From: Octopus bimaculoides
Lineage: Eukaryota
Reading direction: 5' to 3'
NCBI RefSeq assembly: GCF_001194135.2
Contig: NC_068999.1
Location: 31,905,035-31,938,729, forward strand
DNA: 33,695 bases
The notes beneath the pieces were generated by a model. It was given only the letters and a program-made list of their open reading frames with translations, had not been told where the DNA came from and searched no databases. The stretch's first letter is position 1. Every line of letters starts with the position of its first letter. This document shows, in pieces, positions 8,964-21,004 of this stretch. Made by a program: the position numbers and the translations under genes.

Positions 8964-10560
8964 TATATATGTGTATGTATATATGTGTGTGTGTGTGTAT
9001 CATTCACCCATGGTAGTAAGTAAATAATATTTTCGAAGTCAACATTTACATTTTTGTAACTACTTCACACCTAGCTAATTCAATCCTTGACTGAACTATA
9101 TAAGATTAAATTCATTGAAAGAAGCAGTACTCCACTGTTTTGAGATATTGTAACAGAAAATTGGTGGGTAAAAAGAAATAGTTATGATAAAAAAGAAACG
9201 TGTTTAAAAATGAGTGAGTAATGCATAGATCCACCTGTTGAGCCAGATAGCTTCCTTAATTCGTTATTATGGGCCCAGTAGTAGAAACCTTAAGAGGCAA
9301 AAAGTGATCAAATCAAAAAGAGAGTATTATATATCTTGATATCTATCCCTGTTGTTAAAAAGTAATTTAGTCTAGTTAATTTTTCTTTAAAGATCTATAT
9401 GAGAGATATTTAATTTTGTAAACCTCATCAAATTTGGTACAGGAAAAGAAAAAAACTTATGGGGTAATAAATGGTCTCTTTTGATGGAGATCACTGAGGC
9501 ACCAAACTGTAAATGTGCTTTTGTGTGTGTGTGTGTGTGTATGTGTGTGCATATATATATATAGTAAAATAAGGATTCAGATAGAATCAAGTACTTGGAA
9601 AGATATGCACCAGGTAGGGTTGGATTAACCTGTAGTTCTGGCCCATGCTTGATAAGTATCAAACAGGATATTCCAGTTGTGAACACAGAAAAAAAGCAAC
9701 CCTATGAGTATTTAGTGCCTAGGGGCTGGTCCAAAGCACACATTACATTGAATTGTACTTTGTTGGTATACTCTAGGGCGTACGACAAGTCATAAATTCC
9801 CTTGATGTATTATAATCTTTTTCTTCTGATTTTTCCTCTAACTCCATACTAGGTGTAGCTTATTATGTAACTCCCTCTTCCTTTGAACTCCTTAATAGTA
9901 CTCTACTATTACTACCAGGTTTTTCCTCTCCAGGCAAACGTTTTAATATTACAAACAGTCTCCACTAACCCATATAACATATTCATATCTAAAGCAACAT
10001 CCTACATCTTTCCACTTTATCAGATAAATCAATCATGCATAACACTACAATTCCTAAAAAGTCAGAACTTACCATTTGACTGCCTTCATACCCTCCCCCA
10101 ACTTTCAACCTATATCTGCAGAATATCCCTCAATTCTGTGTATCTCTGCCCTCCTCCTGTTGTTCTTTAGCCTTAACTAGCAAATCCTAAACCCCAACCC
10201 TATACCTAATTGGCTTTATTTATGCATTTATTTTGCTTCACTTTTACTTTTTACTTTCTTTATTCTTTATTTATCTTCGGTCCTCTCCCAGCTACCCACT
10301 TCTCTAAGTCTGCTATAATAAAAATATCACCTACACCCCACCTCTAGCCTATCAAAGAACCATTCTAGCAAATTCCTATCTCACCTGGGTCACTGACCTT
10401 AAATATCATATTACACCCTTTCACAAACTATATTATTAACCTAACCCCACCCCTTAATAGCTACAACAGCCACCTTTGTAGGCCATTCTCCCATTTCATA
10501 GTTAGTCTCGGACTTCAGCCACGTCCCTGCTGTATTCTTGGGATATTCTTTTGTTTGTAA
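8500..10560 (-). mobile_element. Heavily decayed second Penelope-like element
   Basis: Collinear minus-strand motifs: LLEWFFDRLE/DIFIIADLEKW (about 10300-10375), GGYEGSQMVSSDFLGIVVL (10042-10098, like MGSYDGAEVCELVGLYIL), ISFYPPIFCYNIS (9141-9179, like IWFNPPF), and a weak Cys/GIY-YIG-like remnant at 8550-8700. The G/T strand skew matches 4675-5489. Confidence 0.55.
8736..9000. repeat. Compound (TA)n/(TG)n microsatellite
   Basis: Read directly. It is one of many similar tracts (e.g. 1050-1185, 3075-3172, 7520-7670, 15060-15195, 18030-18125, 29360-29530). Confidence 0.95.
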
Positions 10561-10568
10561 GATTATGT

Positions 10569-10652
10569 TTCATCTGATGATTATGGTTTTTTGTAATGGA
10601 GTAATGTTCTCATTCTTCTATTAAAAAATGCATGAGAAACAGGTGTAGTGAG
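10569..10652 (+). ncRNA. Type I hammerhead ribozyme with extended stem II
   Basis: TTCAT-CTGATGA(10574-10580)-long imperfect hairpin 10581-10635-GAAA(10636-10639)-CAGGTG-TA-GTGAG. Stem III is ACA/TGT and the triplet is GUA. Stem I is 5 bp including two G-U pairs. Confidence 0.65.
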
Positions 10653-11434
10653 CTGTTATCATTCAGTTGATTGTATATATATATATANNNNNNNNNNNNN
10701 NNNNNNNNNNNNNNNNNNNNNNNNNNNNNNNNNNNNNNNNNNNNNNNNNNNNNNNNNNNNNNNNNNNNNNNNNNNNNNNNNNNNNNNNNNNNNNNNNNNN
10801 NNNNNNNNNNNNNNNNNNNNNNNNNNNNNNNNNNNNNNNNNNNNNNNNNNNNNNNNNNNNNNNNNNNNNNNNNNNNNNNNNNNNNNNNNNNNNNNNNNNN
10901 NNNNNNNNNNNNNNNNNNNNNNNNNNNNNNNNNNNNNNNNNNNNNNNNNNNNNNNNNNNNNNNNNNNNNNNNNNNNNNNNNNNNNNNNNNNNNNNNNNNN
11001 NNNNNNNNNNNNNNNNNNNNNNNNNNNNNNNNNNNNNNNNNNNNNNNNNNNNNNNNNNNNNNNNNNNNNNNNNNNNNNNNNNNNNNNNNNNNNNNNNNNN
11101 NNNNNNNNNNNNNNNNNNNNNNNNNNNNNNNNNNNNNNNNNNNNNNNNNNNNNNNNNNNNNNNNNNNNNNNNNNNNNNNNNNNNNNNNNNNNNNNNNNNN
11201 NNNNNNNNNNNNNNNNNNNNNNNNNNNNNNNNNNNNNNNNNNNNNNNNNNNNNNNNNNNNNNNNNNNNNNNNNNNNNNNNNNNNNNNNNNNNNNNNNNNN
11301 NNNNNNNNNNNNNNNNNNNNNNNNNNNNNNNNNNNNNNNNNNNNNNNNNNNNNNNNNNNNNNNNNNNNNNNNNNNNNNNNNNNNNNNNNNNNNNNNNNNN
11401 NNNNNNNNNNNNNNNNNNNNNNNNNNNNNNNNNN

Positions 11435-11472
<38 letters not shown>

Positions 11473-11782
11473 CACACACTTCAGCCATGTAACAACACAC
11501 ATGCTTTTCTCAGATTACTCTTTTCCTTCCCTCTGAGCTTTTTCCTGTTTCCTCTTTCTGACAAAGAACCCTGCTTGAAACATCACACACCACTTTTTCC
11601 CATTTTAAACTTTCTCTGAGCATCAACCTAAATACATTTACTGCATACATCCTTTTGACTGTTGTTCTTTTTCCTGTTTTTGCTTTTAGTTTTGATTTGC
11701 CTCTATATATATGCATGTGTGTGTGTGCATGCGCATATGCATGTGTGCGTATATGTGTGCATGCATTCAAAACTATGTTCAT

Positions 11783-12010
11783 CTGAGCTGACAGAACTGT
11801 TAGCACACTGGGTGAAATGCTTAGTGGTATTTCGTCTGCCGTTATGTTCTGAGTTCAAATTCTGCCGAGGTCGACTTTGCCTTTCATCCTTTCGGGGTCA
11901 ATTAAATAAGTACCAGTTACGCATTCGGGTCAATGTAATTGACTTAATCCCTTCACCTGTCCTTGTTTGTCCCCTCTCTGTTTAACCCCCTGTGGGCAAT
12001 AAAGAAATAA
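11783..12010 (+). mobile_element. tRNA-derived SINE family A, near full length
   Basis: A-box-like GAGCTGACAGAACTGTTAG, B-box-like GAGTTCAAATTC, central GCCTTTCATCCTTTCGGGGTC, and tail AATAAAGAAATAA. Confidence 0.9.
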
Positions 12011-13062
12011 ATCTTTCAGACAGTGTATGGAAACACTGATGGCCTGATGAATGTAGTTATGCAAAGTGTAGCTGTCCTAAGTCTTAGAATTCTAGCATTT
12101 GGTTACATTAAATTTTAACAAACCAGCATTGGGTGCTCTCACCTTGTATATGTTACCATATTTTTCAGCATGAAAGATGTACTTTTTATTTAAAACAAAA
12201 AGAAAAAATACCTTCAAAATTATTGTGCATCTTCTATGATGCTAGCTGAGAATTTGTTGCTATGAATAGTCAGGATTTGAAGAGGAATGAAATGCTTTCA
12301 GCTGTTTTGCTGGACATGATTTTTAGAGGTTTACAGCCTTTTCCTAACTTTTATTATTTACTTATTTGAAATATTAAATATTAAAATGCTTTTTTACTTT
12401 CACTCTAGTTTTTCTTTTGTTTTTTTTTGCAAAATAAATTAAGACATATACATTTACCTACTTTCTACTAAGGAAAGTATTCTTTATTGTACAGATAAAA
12501 TAAAAAACTAAAGAATGTAAATAGTACAGCCCATTAGATACATAGAGAAAGTGTCATATGTTTTTTTACTTATTCTTTATTAAAAGTTGATGACATAACC
12601 AGTAAATGACTGATGTTGGTTAAGGCCTGTCCACACACTCAAGCAGTACCCAGCAGTGTGTTACCATGCACATAGGGTGGCTGGCAGCAGTTGTGGTCAA
12701 GCACTGGTAGGTAGTCAGCAGTAATGTTTTTGGTATGATGGCCATGATGTTTCACATCAATAATTGCAGGACAATTAAAGAGAAGAGCAAAGTGCTGTGT
12801 ACAGCAATAAACCACCAAGTAGGTGGCTATTGTATGATGATTATGCTCAATAATGGGCATAAGCACTACACTGGCCTACATGCCAATTTTGTCTCACAGC
12901 CATTTATCATGTGACCACTAAGTACTACCTGATTGTGTGGATCCTTTTGGTAAGTGTAAAAACCTTTTTTCCAAGAATTATATTTCTAAAATCAGAGAGT
13001 ATTTCTATGATGCAGCATCTACCTTGTCACAAAATAAGGTAACCCATATGTTAATATTTATG

Positions 13063-13283
13063 AAGGTGGTGCGCTGGCAGAAACGTCAGCATGCTGGGTG
13101 AAATGCTTAGCAGTATTTCGTCTGTCTTTACGTTCTGAGTTCAAATTCCACCGAAGTCGACTTTGCCTTTCATCCTTTCAGGGTCAATAAATTAAGTACC
13201 AGCTGTGTACTGGGGTCAGTCTAATCGACTGGGCCCCACCTCCCTAAAAATTTTGGGCCTTATGCCTAGAGTAGAAAAGGATA
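13063..13283 (+). mobile_element. tRNA-derived SINE family A
   Basis: Same head and central domain as 11783-12010, with a different 3' tail. Confidence 0.9.
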
Positions 13284-13402
13284 TTTATGTATTATGTTTG
13301 TATGAATGTATATATGTATGTTTGTATGTATAATCTTCTTATTTTCCTTTAATTTTTTCTATACACAATACAGAAAGGCTTTACATGTATTTGTTCCTTC
13401 GT

Positions 13403-13630
13403 TTAACTCTTTAGCATTTAAACCAGTCTTATCTGGCCCAAATATTTTACCTGTTCTGCGCTCAAACCAGCCAGATCTGGACTTTCACTCTTACTCTACA
13501 ATGTCATTCTAAAAATAAACAGTCATACCATTGAAATCTCAAAGCTACAAGATAATGTATGATTAAATCAAAACAAAGTGAATAAATTAGCAACCTATTT
13601 CATACAGTAATTTGAATGCTAAAGGATTGC
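13403..13630. mobile_element. TTAA-type (piggyBac-like) MITE
   Basis: TTAA then CTCTTTAGCATT at the left end and AATGCTAAAGGA at the right end. The body matches the reverse complement of 18259-18445. Confidence 0.7.
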
Positions 13631-13642
13631 TTAATTTGATAT

Positions 13643-13706
13643 TTTAACTTGTAAATCAATTGATTTTTAACTTATAAATCAACTTTAACTTGTAAATCAA
13701 TTGATT
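13643..13706. repeat. Short tandem repeat, unit TTTAACTTGTAAATCAATTGA, about 3 copies
   Basis: Read directly. Confidence 0.8.
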
Positions 13707-15139
13707 GACTAATAGATGCAGAAATGAATATCAAATATCTATCTTATTATCAGAAATTGTCTCTTCCTGTTTGATACAAAATTTCAATGTATCACCTGTG
13801 TGTTTATTGCAGTATGATGCCACAAAATATCAGTGGTATAATCCCTAACTAGAAGAGCATTTATATTGTCTTTCACAAGCATTCAATAAAGAATAAAAGA
13901 AATACTGATCACCAGTAGTAGTATAGCAAACTAATAGGCAATCCATAAAACAATACAAATAATAATACATGAGACATGACAACTATTATACATGTACAAA
14001 TTTCCCATAATATATATTACATGAATTAAATTCACTCTAACTATAATATAGAATAACACATTGTGAATATTCACATTTAAGCACACACACATACACGCAC
14101 GCACACACACACTTTTGCTTGCACAGTTGAGCTTGCATATTTGAGCATGCATACATAAGGGCATCTATACATTTACACAATATCACACATACACACACAA
14201 CCATGAACAGAGATATATATTTACAATTTTTCACACATATACACAAATACACAAGACACACTATATAAAAATAAATATCTAGAAGTTCAATATAAATAAT
14301 AATGTATAGTTTTGACAGAACTAAGAATAAATAGAGAGATATTTGTTAAAAATAATTTTTGAGGCTTAGTGAATAGTGGGATGGTTTTGTTAGAGCTATA
14401 GTGTTGAAGAATAGATAGTTATCAAATTAATTTTTACCAGTAATTTTGTCCAGGAGCTCAAATTTATGTTTATAATGTTTATTAACACAAACCGATGGAA
14501 TCTTGAATATAGACTTAATGTCTTGTAGTATGAATGCTTATAAGCTGTTCTTCAATTTCTAAGAGGGTGTCTGCTAGAGATATAAAAGATTTATATTACT
14601 GCACAATTTTGGTCACATATTAGATCAGTTTCTCTTTCTTTACATTACGTTGTCAACTCAGTGCCATGCTCTGGTGATTTTTTCTTACATACTTGACAGC
14701 TATTCAGTGAAGAAGACATTCGCTACTTCATTTCTTTTATGGGTTCTGTCATATCACCCAATACCCAGTTTACCCGGCATCCTTCATTAATCTTAGAATT
14801 CCTAGCCATGGACATAATTTTACTATCCACCTTCCATACACCGTTCATTCATAATTGCTATATCTAGAAACTATCCAAAAGTTTTGTTCCTTTATTTTAT
14901 CAGTCTTTGACAGCTTGCTAAGGACATCATGATTATATATGTTTATATCTCTGTACTGACTTACTATTGAAATAGTTCAATACAGCCATACAACTAATCA
15001 CAAATATGTTTTATTTCCTATTCATTATACTGTGTGGTCTTAATCTCTTTAAGTACATCTACATATATTGACATGTATTTATGTAGATGTGTTTGTATGT
15101 AGATATATAATACATATATGTGTGTGTACATATGTATGT

Positions 15140-15196
<57 letters not shown>

Positions 15197-15678
15197 AACT
15201 GCAAGTTTTATGTCAGAGTATCTTTCTCCTAGAAGAGCTACTTTCCCTCTGGCTTTGTCAAAAATAATAAAAGCCTCCTCCACTCCTTTTTAATCTATAG
15301 ATGGGACCTTGAAACATACAACCAATCCAGGTCAGAACAGACTTGAGAGTAATGATGATTAAGGGTTGACTCCACTCTTCCCACAACTCAAGAACTGGAG
15401 CCTCACCACTGGATGCAGATCAATGTCATATACAGGGTCAGTCACTGGAAGCCACAATAGTGACCAAGAGATTGGCAACAGTGTTGAAGAAGCTTCTGTC
15501 ACTTAAATCCAGTCATGTACAGATGTCTCGCTATCATTTCATTTCTTGGTCCATCTTATATTTTATTAAGTCCTATGGAGATGGATGCATGGGAATGCTT
15601 TTGCTGGCCAGAAATGTCATATTCACACACATGCAAAGATGAAAGTAAATCAGGTTGAAAATGAGACAACTTTTGTCC

Positions 15679-15912
15679 TATTTCTTTACTGCCCACAAGG
15701 GGCTACACACAGAGGGGACAAACGAGGACAGACAAACAGATTAAGTCGATTATATCGACCCCAGTGCATAACTGGTACTTATTTAATCAACCTCAAAAGG
15801 ATGAAAGGCAAAGTCAACCTCGGCAGAATTTTAACTCAGAACATAACGGCAGATGAAATACTGCTAAGCATTTCACCCGGCATGCTAACGATTCTGCCAG
15901 GTCGCCGCCTTA
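15679..15912 (-). mobile_element. tRNA-derived SINE family A, near full length
   Basis: Reverse complement of the 11783-12010 family, including head and tail. Confidence 0.9.
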
Positions 15913-16345
15913 ACTTTCATCTTATAAGATGAGGCAGTCATTATATCTGTCTGTCCACCNNNNNNNNNNNNNNNNNNNNNNNNNNNNNNNNNNNNNNNNN
16001 NNNNNNNNNNNNNNNNNNNNNNNNNNNNNNNNNNNNNNNNNNNNNNNNNNNNNNNNNNNNNNNNNNNNNNNNNNNNNNNNNNNNNNNNNNNNNNNNNNNN
16101 NNNNNNNNNNNNNNNNNNNNNNNNNNNNNNNNNNNNNNNNNNNNNNNNNNNNNNNNNNNNNNNNNNNNNNNNNNNNNNNNNNNNNNNNNNNNNNNNNNNN
16201 NNNNNNNNNNNNNNNNNNNNNNNNNNNNNNNNNNNNNNNNNNNNNNNNNNNTTCTTTGTATCGTCTATCTAGATGTTTTGTTGTCCCTTTTTTGTATCAC
16301 CAAACTGTCTGGATGTTTTGCGTTCTTGTCCCATTTTATATTTTA

Positions 16346-16408
<63 letters not shown>

Positions 16409-16953
16409 CAGCATACATACACTTTGGTCTCTTATATATATATATTGTGATACTTTGTCATACCTTTCAGTAGTTTCAGGTTTTGTTATCAATGCTTCAT
16501 ATATCATTGCTTTTGAAAGACAGTCACCTTCTGGATAAGTAGAACGATTTTGACAGTTATCTATTGGTTGCTGAAGTGAAGACTATATAGGTATACAGGT
16601 ATGTTTCTGGTTATGGTGTGTGATTCTGACAACAATGATATGCAAACTGGAATAGCTGCCCTTAAATGTATTGCTGTGAAAAATTTTGTTGTATTTGTGA
16701 GAAATGTTTATTTCATTTAATTTTGTTTTGGTTGGTTGGAAATAACTTACAGGAAGCAGGATGTTCTGTTATAGCAGTGATAACATCAGTGCTCTATGGT
16801 GGATTAAACGAGGTGATATCTATTTTTCTTAGTTCTTTTCTGATGTGTCTGTATGAAAGTTATTTTTACTGAAGCTAAGCTACCTTTATCTAATGTATTG
16901 TCATACTGGAACTTTAAGGATGCCTCTGTCCAACAATAGGTTAAATAAAAATT

Positions 16954-17320
16954 CTCAGAAAGCCTTGTGAGTGGATTTAGTAGGCAGAAACTGCAAACAA
17001 GCCCCTTGTGTGTGTGTGTGTGTGTGTGCTTGTGCATGCATGTGAGTGAAACTTTGTGTGCATGTGTGTGTGTGCGTGCGCTGTCTTTTTACCTTGACAT
17101 GATGTCAAGGTAAACAAAAGCTACCAATCATGCAAATAGCATTCTTCATTTCCAGTCTTCTGTGAAAACATGATGTCATAGAGTAAAGTTACTTTACTCG
17201 GAAACAACGAAAGGTTGGTGGCAGAATGGGCATTCGGCTATAAAAAATCTGCCTCATCAAACTCAGTCAAATCTATGCAAACATGGTAAAATGGATGTTA
17301 AAAATGATGATAATGATGAT
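16954..17320 (+). mobile_element. SINE with family B body and a different tail ending in (ATG)n
   Basis: AAAGCCTTGTGAGTGGATTT...GAAACTG is shared with family B. It is followed by (GT)n, GGTTGGTGGCAGAATGGGCATTCGGC and an (ATG)n end. Confidence 0.65.
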
Positions 17321-17989
17321 ATATTCATGTATATGCATGTATGATGCGTATGTCTGTGTGCATGTATGCATATATCAATTCATGAATATGTGTGTACACA
17401 TAAAGTGTGTAAATGGATGCCAGTCATGCAAAATAATAGCAGAAAGAGATCTATCATAATCATTAGCATCATTATCATTATCATTATGAATATTTTTACA
17501 TTATCTTTATTTTTCTATTTCTCTTCTGATACATTTATTTGCTGAAGCAATCTGCTTTGTTTTTTTTTTTTACTTTTCTTATCACATCTGGATACCTTTG
17601 TATTTTTCCCACCGAGAACTGAACCGTGAAATTAGTGGAGAACCTACTGTTTGTTCAATCAAGTCAAACTGGAGCAAATAATATAATATTCTTGACCCTG
17701 GGGCACATCACAATGACTCTAATAAAGATTGAAGTCATGATCATGTGGTCAATAGGCCAGTTGCTTAACTTTGCAGTCACTAAATCATCATCATCATCAT
17801 CATCACCATTATTTTCATGACCATCATAAGAACACCATCATTATTCTTGATTCCACAATCTCATCTCTTTCTGTTCCTCTCTCTCTTTCTTTCTCTTTCT
17901 TTTTCTCCATTTACACATATAACAAACCGTCAACTATACACATGGAGTTACTTACTCCTGAACAATACTGCAAGCACACACACACACAC

Positions 17990-18028
17990 ACCAACACCAG
18001 TTGTCAAACAGTAGTGCAAGGACAGACA

Positions 18029-18081
<53 letters not shown>

Positions 18082-18258
18082 ACACACACCCATACACACA
18101 CACACACACACACATACGCACACACATATAATATACATATGACAGGCTTCTTTCAGTTTCTGCCTACCAAATCCACTCATAAGGCTTTGGTAAGGGGGAC
18201 TGAACCCAGAACTATATGGCTAGGAAACAAACTTCTTGCCACACAACCATGCCTGCAC
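17990..18258 (-). mobile_element. tRNA-derived SINE family B
   Basis: Matches 27540-27730: CTTCTTTCAGTTTC...CCAAATCCACTCA...GGGACTGAACCC, with an internal (CA)n. Confidence 0.8.
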
Positions 18259-18445
18259 CTATTTATTCAGATTGTTTTGAAATAATCATTCCTTATCTTG
18301 TTGCTTCAAGATTTCAATGGTGTGTTTGTATATTTTTAGAATGACATTGTAGGGTAGGTGTGAGAGGTTAGATCTTGTCAGTTTTAACACAAAACAGGTA
18401 GAATATTTGGGCCAGATATGGCCAGTTTAAATGCTAAAAGGTAAA
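18259..18445. mobile_element. Partial TTAA-type MITE, same family as 13403-13630
   Basis: Reverse-complement similarity, ending AATGCTAAAAGG; the other end is missing. Confidence 0.65.
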
Positions 18446-18504
18446 ACCAGATAACAGATAAATCCTACTATCGAATCCTGTGTGCAAGACTTAACCTGCT
18501 TGCT

Positions 18505-18648
18505 ACCCTGTCTTGGGTACTTTATTTTATTAATTCCAAGAATATGAAGGGCAAAGTTGACTTCAGCAGGCTTTGAACATAGAGATGGAACAAATAACAA
18601 ATACTAGATTTTGTTCAACATACTTATGACTCTACCAATTCACCATCT
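18505..18648 (-). mobile_element. Highly diverged SINE family A
   Basis: GGTACTTTATT...GAAGGGCAAAGTTGACTTCAGCAG resembles 15770-15830. Confidence 0.5.
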
Positions 18649-20230
18649 AAATACATACATACATACATACATACATGCATGCATATGTGCATGCATGCAC
18701 GCTGAGAAACACAGACATAAACACATTGAAATACACACTTGCATGTACAACAGATATGCAATTACTAAATGACACATTTACACACTTGCACTATCTCAAA
18801 TGTAATTACTCATTCTAACTTATATACAAACACACATGCACACGCATACACATGTATGCAGTCCCTTTCACAGAAAGACATACATAAAAACATCAACATA
18901 TAATTCACAGAAATATACACAGTTATACACAACGACACACAATAACACAGGCAGAGACACATTTATAAGCTATATTTATGGTAAATTAGTACTATTAATA
19001 ATCCATAAAAAATGTCCTCCAAGACAGTTTAGGACAGTATAATTTTGGATAACATCTATCTTCGTGGAGAAGGTGAACAAAGAGGATATAAATGGTAACA
19101 GTTCTCTTATAATATCATGAAATGCAGAATAATTGACACCAGACAATTTCCTCAGTAGTCTGCAGTATACATTGAAATTATAATATGTATCAAGCTACTT
19201 GTAATTTCTTTCCTAATAATTCATCAACATTTATTCTTGTTTGGCACACAGCTTTATTCTGTTTGACTTTCATCAATTTGAGAAAATTGTTCTTCCATGA
19301 CAAAATGGAAGCCAGAGAATTTTATTGTTGCCATAGGAAAGCAATATTAAGGGGAGATAATTATAGAACCAGAAACGTCGTTATTAATGAGGAGCAGAAG
19401 AGTAGACAAACTATTGCCCTCTCGCAGCTTTATAACTGTTTTAAAAGAACACATATGTTTGATAAGAGAGCAAATGTTATAGCTAAAATATTTTAACTCT
19501 GTTTTTAGTTTGTGAATGTTCATTAGTGAGAATATTTAAAAATAAATAAAATGAAAAAAACTTTTTAATAAAAAACTATAAAAACGAACGTATAAATGTA
19601 TTAAAAGTGCTTACAATTAACCTTTTGTGGAATTTGTTATGGTAAAAGTGAAATGAAATCATTGAGCAGAGCTTAATAACTGATTCTAATAAAGATTCCT
19701 TCAACTACTGGTAGTTACGTTCCATACACTTTCATTCTAATTGTTTAATTAAACATACAGCATCTCACTAAATTCAAATGATGTCAGAATATTGCCTGAT
19801 TTATGGCACTACAAAACAAATCTTGCCTAAAAAATCAATAATATTTTCTTCAAGTCGGTAAAATTGTCTGATTATTCGACCAGATTTTCTTGCTTCTCTT
19901 TTCAAAAGTAACTGAATGCTAGTTACTGCTGTTTGACAAAAATAAAACATTATGTGCTATTGTTTCACCATTAACATCATTATTATTACTGGTGTTTGGT
20001 TTCTTGGGTTTTTTTTTTTTTTTTGTTATTCTATATAGAATGGTGACCAGCAGACTGAACAATGCACTGACAAAATTCTTTCTACTATTTAATTATATTC
20101 ATTTCATGCTGTGTTCAACTCTTGCCAAGGTCAACTAGAGTCAATGAAATAAGTACCAATAAAATACTGCAATCCATAAAGATGATAAATTCTTCTCACT
20201 CAAACATTATATGTAGTTTATTATTATCAA

Positions 20231-20460
20231 AAGGCAACAAGCAGGTAGAAATCATTATTAGCACATCAGACAAAGTGGTTAGCAGCATTTCTTTTGGCTT
20301 TTTACCTTCTGAGTTCAAATACCACAGAAGTTGACGTTGACTTTCAGTGTCAATTAAATATCTAGCAATTCTGCACTGGGTTGAGGTAGTTAATTTATCC
20401 TCCTCCAACTAAAATTGGGGCCTTGTGCCAAAATCTGAAACTATTATTATTATTATTATT
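20231..20460 (+). mobile_element. Diverged SINE family A with (TAT)n tail
   Basis: CTGAGTTCAAATACC box, and a tail like those of 4448-4660 and 21998-22210. Confidence 0.7.
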
Positions 20461-21004
20461 GAGTAAGAGAGCAGTGCAAGCCATCAAAGTGACACTGAGG
20501 TACAAATATATGAAACCCAAAATACCCATCATGACTACCTGTCTGATAAGAGTACACCAGGCACATGCATCATAACCACATGTTCATGACATGGTGATCT
20601 CACATCAGGATAAACAGTATATCACCTTACAAGTGGCACTCAGGAGGAATTTTCTCCAGGTTGAGTAGTCCATCCCAATCGAAAGGTCCATGAATAAAGT
20701 TTGTTTAAAGATGATAAACTAAACACCTATGCTTCCAGAGGTGAATCATTCAAACCTCCAAATAATTCCTCTCGATACATGGTTATGATGCTTCCTCACT
20801 ATTCCTGTTCAGGATCAGTGATGCACATATTGTCAGCCATTAAGAGACATGTTCAACTGGTTAAGGTCAAGCAAATTTGTGGTACTGAGTAGAATATTTG
20901 CTGTAGCCCATCTTTTTATACCAAGACAAAACAATGTACATGATAACACTTTCAATCAGTTAAGATCAGAAGCCATGAGAGCCACTGCTTGGTTCTGCAT
21001 CAGG

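Noticed and set aside
11783-12010. tRNA genes at SINE heads
   Set aside because: A/B-box-like motifs are present but there is no cloverleaf, and they continue into SINE bodies.
12040-12075. GGC-CTGATGA...GCAAAGTGTAGC as a hammerhead
   Set aside because: The GAAA box and stems II and III are not formed.
12900-12949. 50 nt plus-strand exon candidate (CAG...GTAAGT, IYHVTTKYYLIVWILL)
   Set aside because: The splice signals are plausible, but no partner exon or homology supports it.
14680-14890. Possible RLE-type non-LTR fragment on the minus strand (HKRNEVA)
   Set aside because: Similarity is too weak to call by eye.
16560-16900. G/T-skewed stretch resembling a third PLE RT (WWIKRGDIYF)
   Set aside because: A single weak motif is insufficient.
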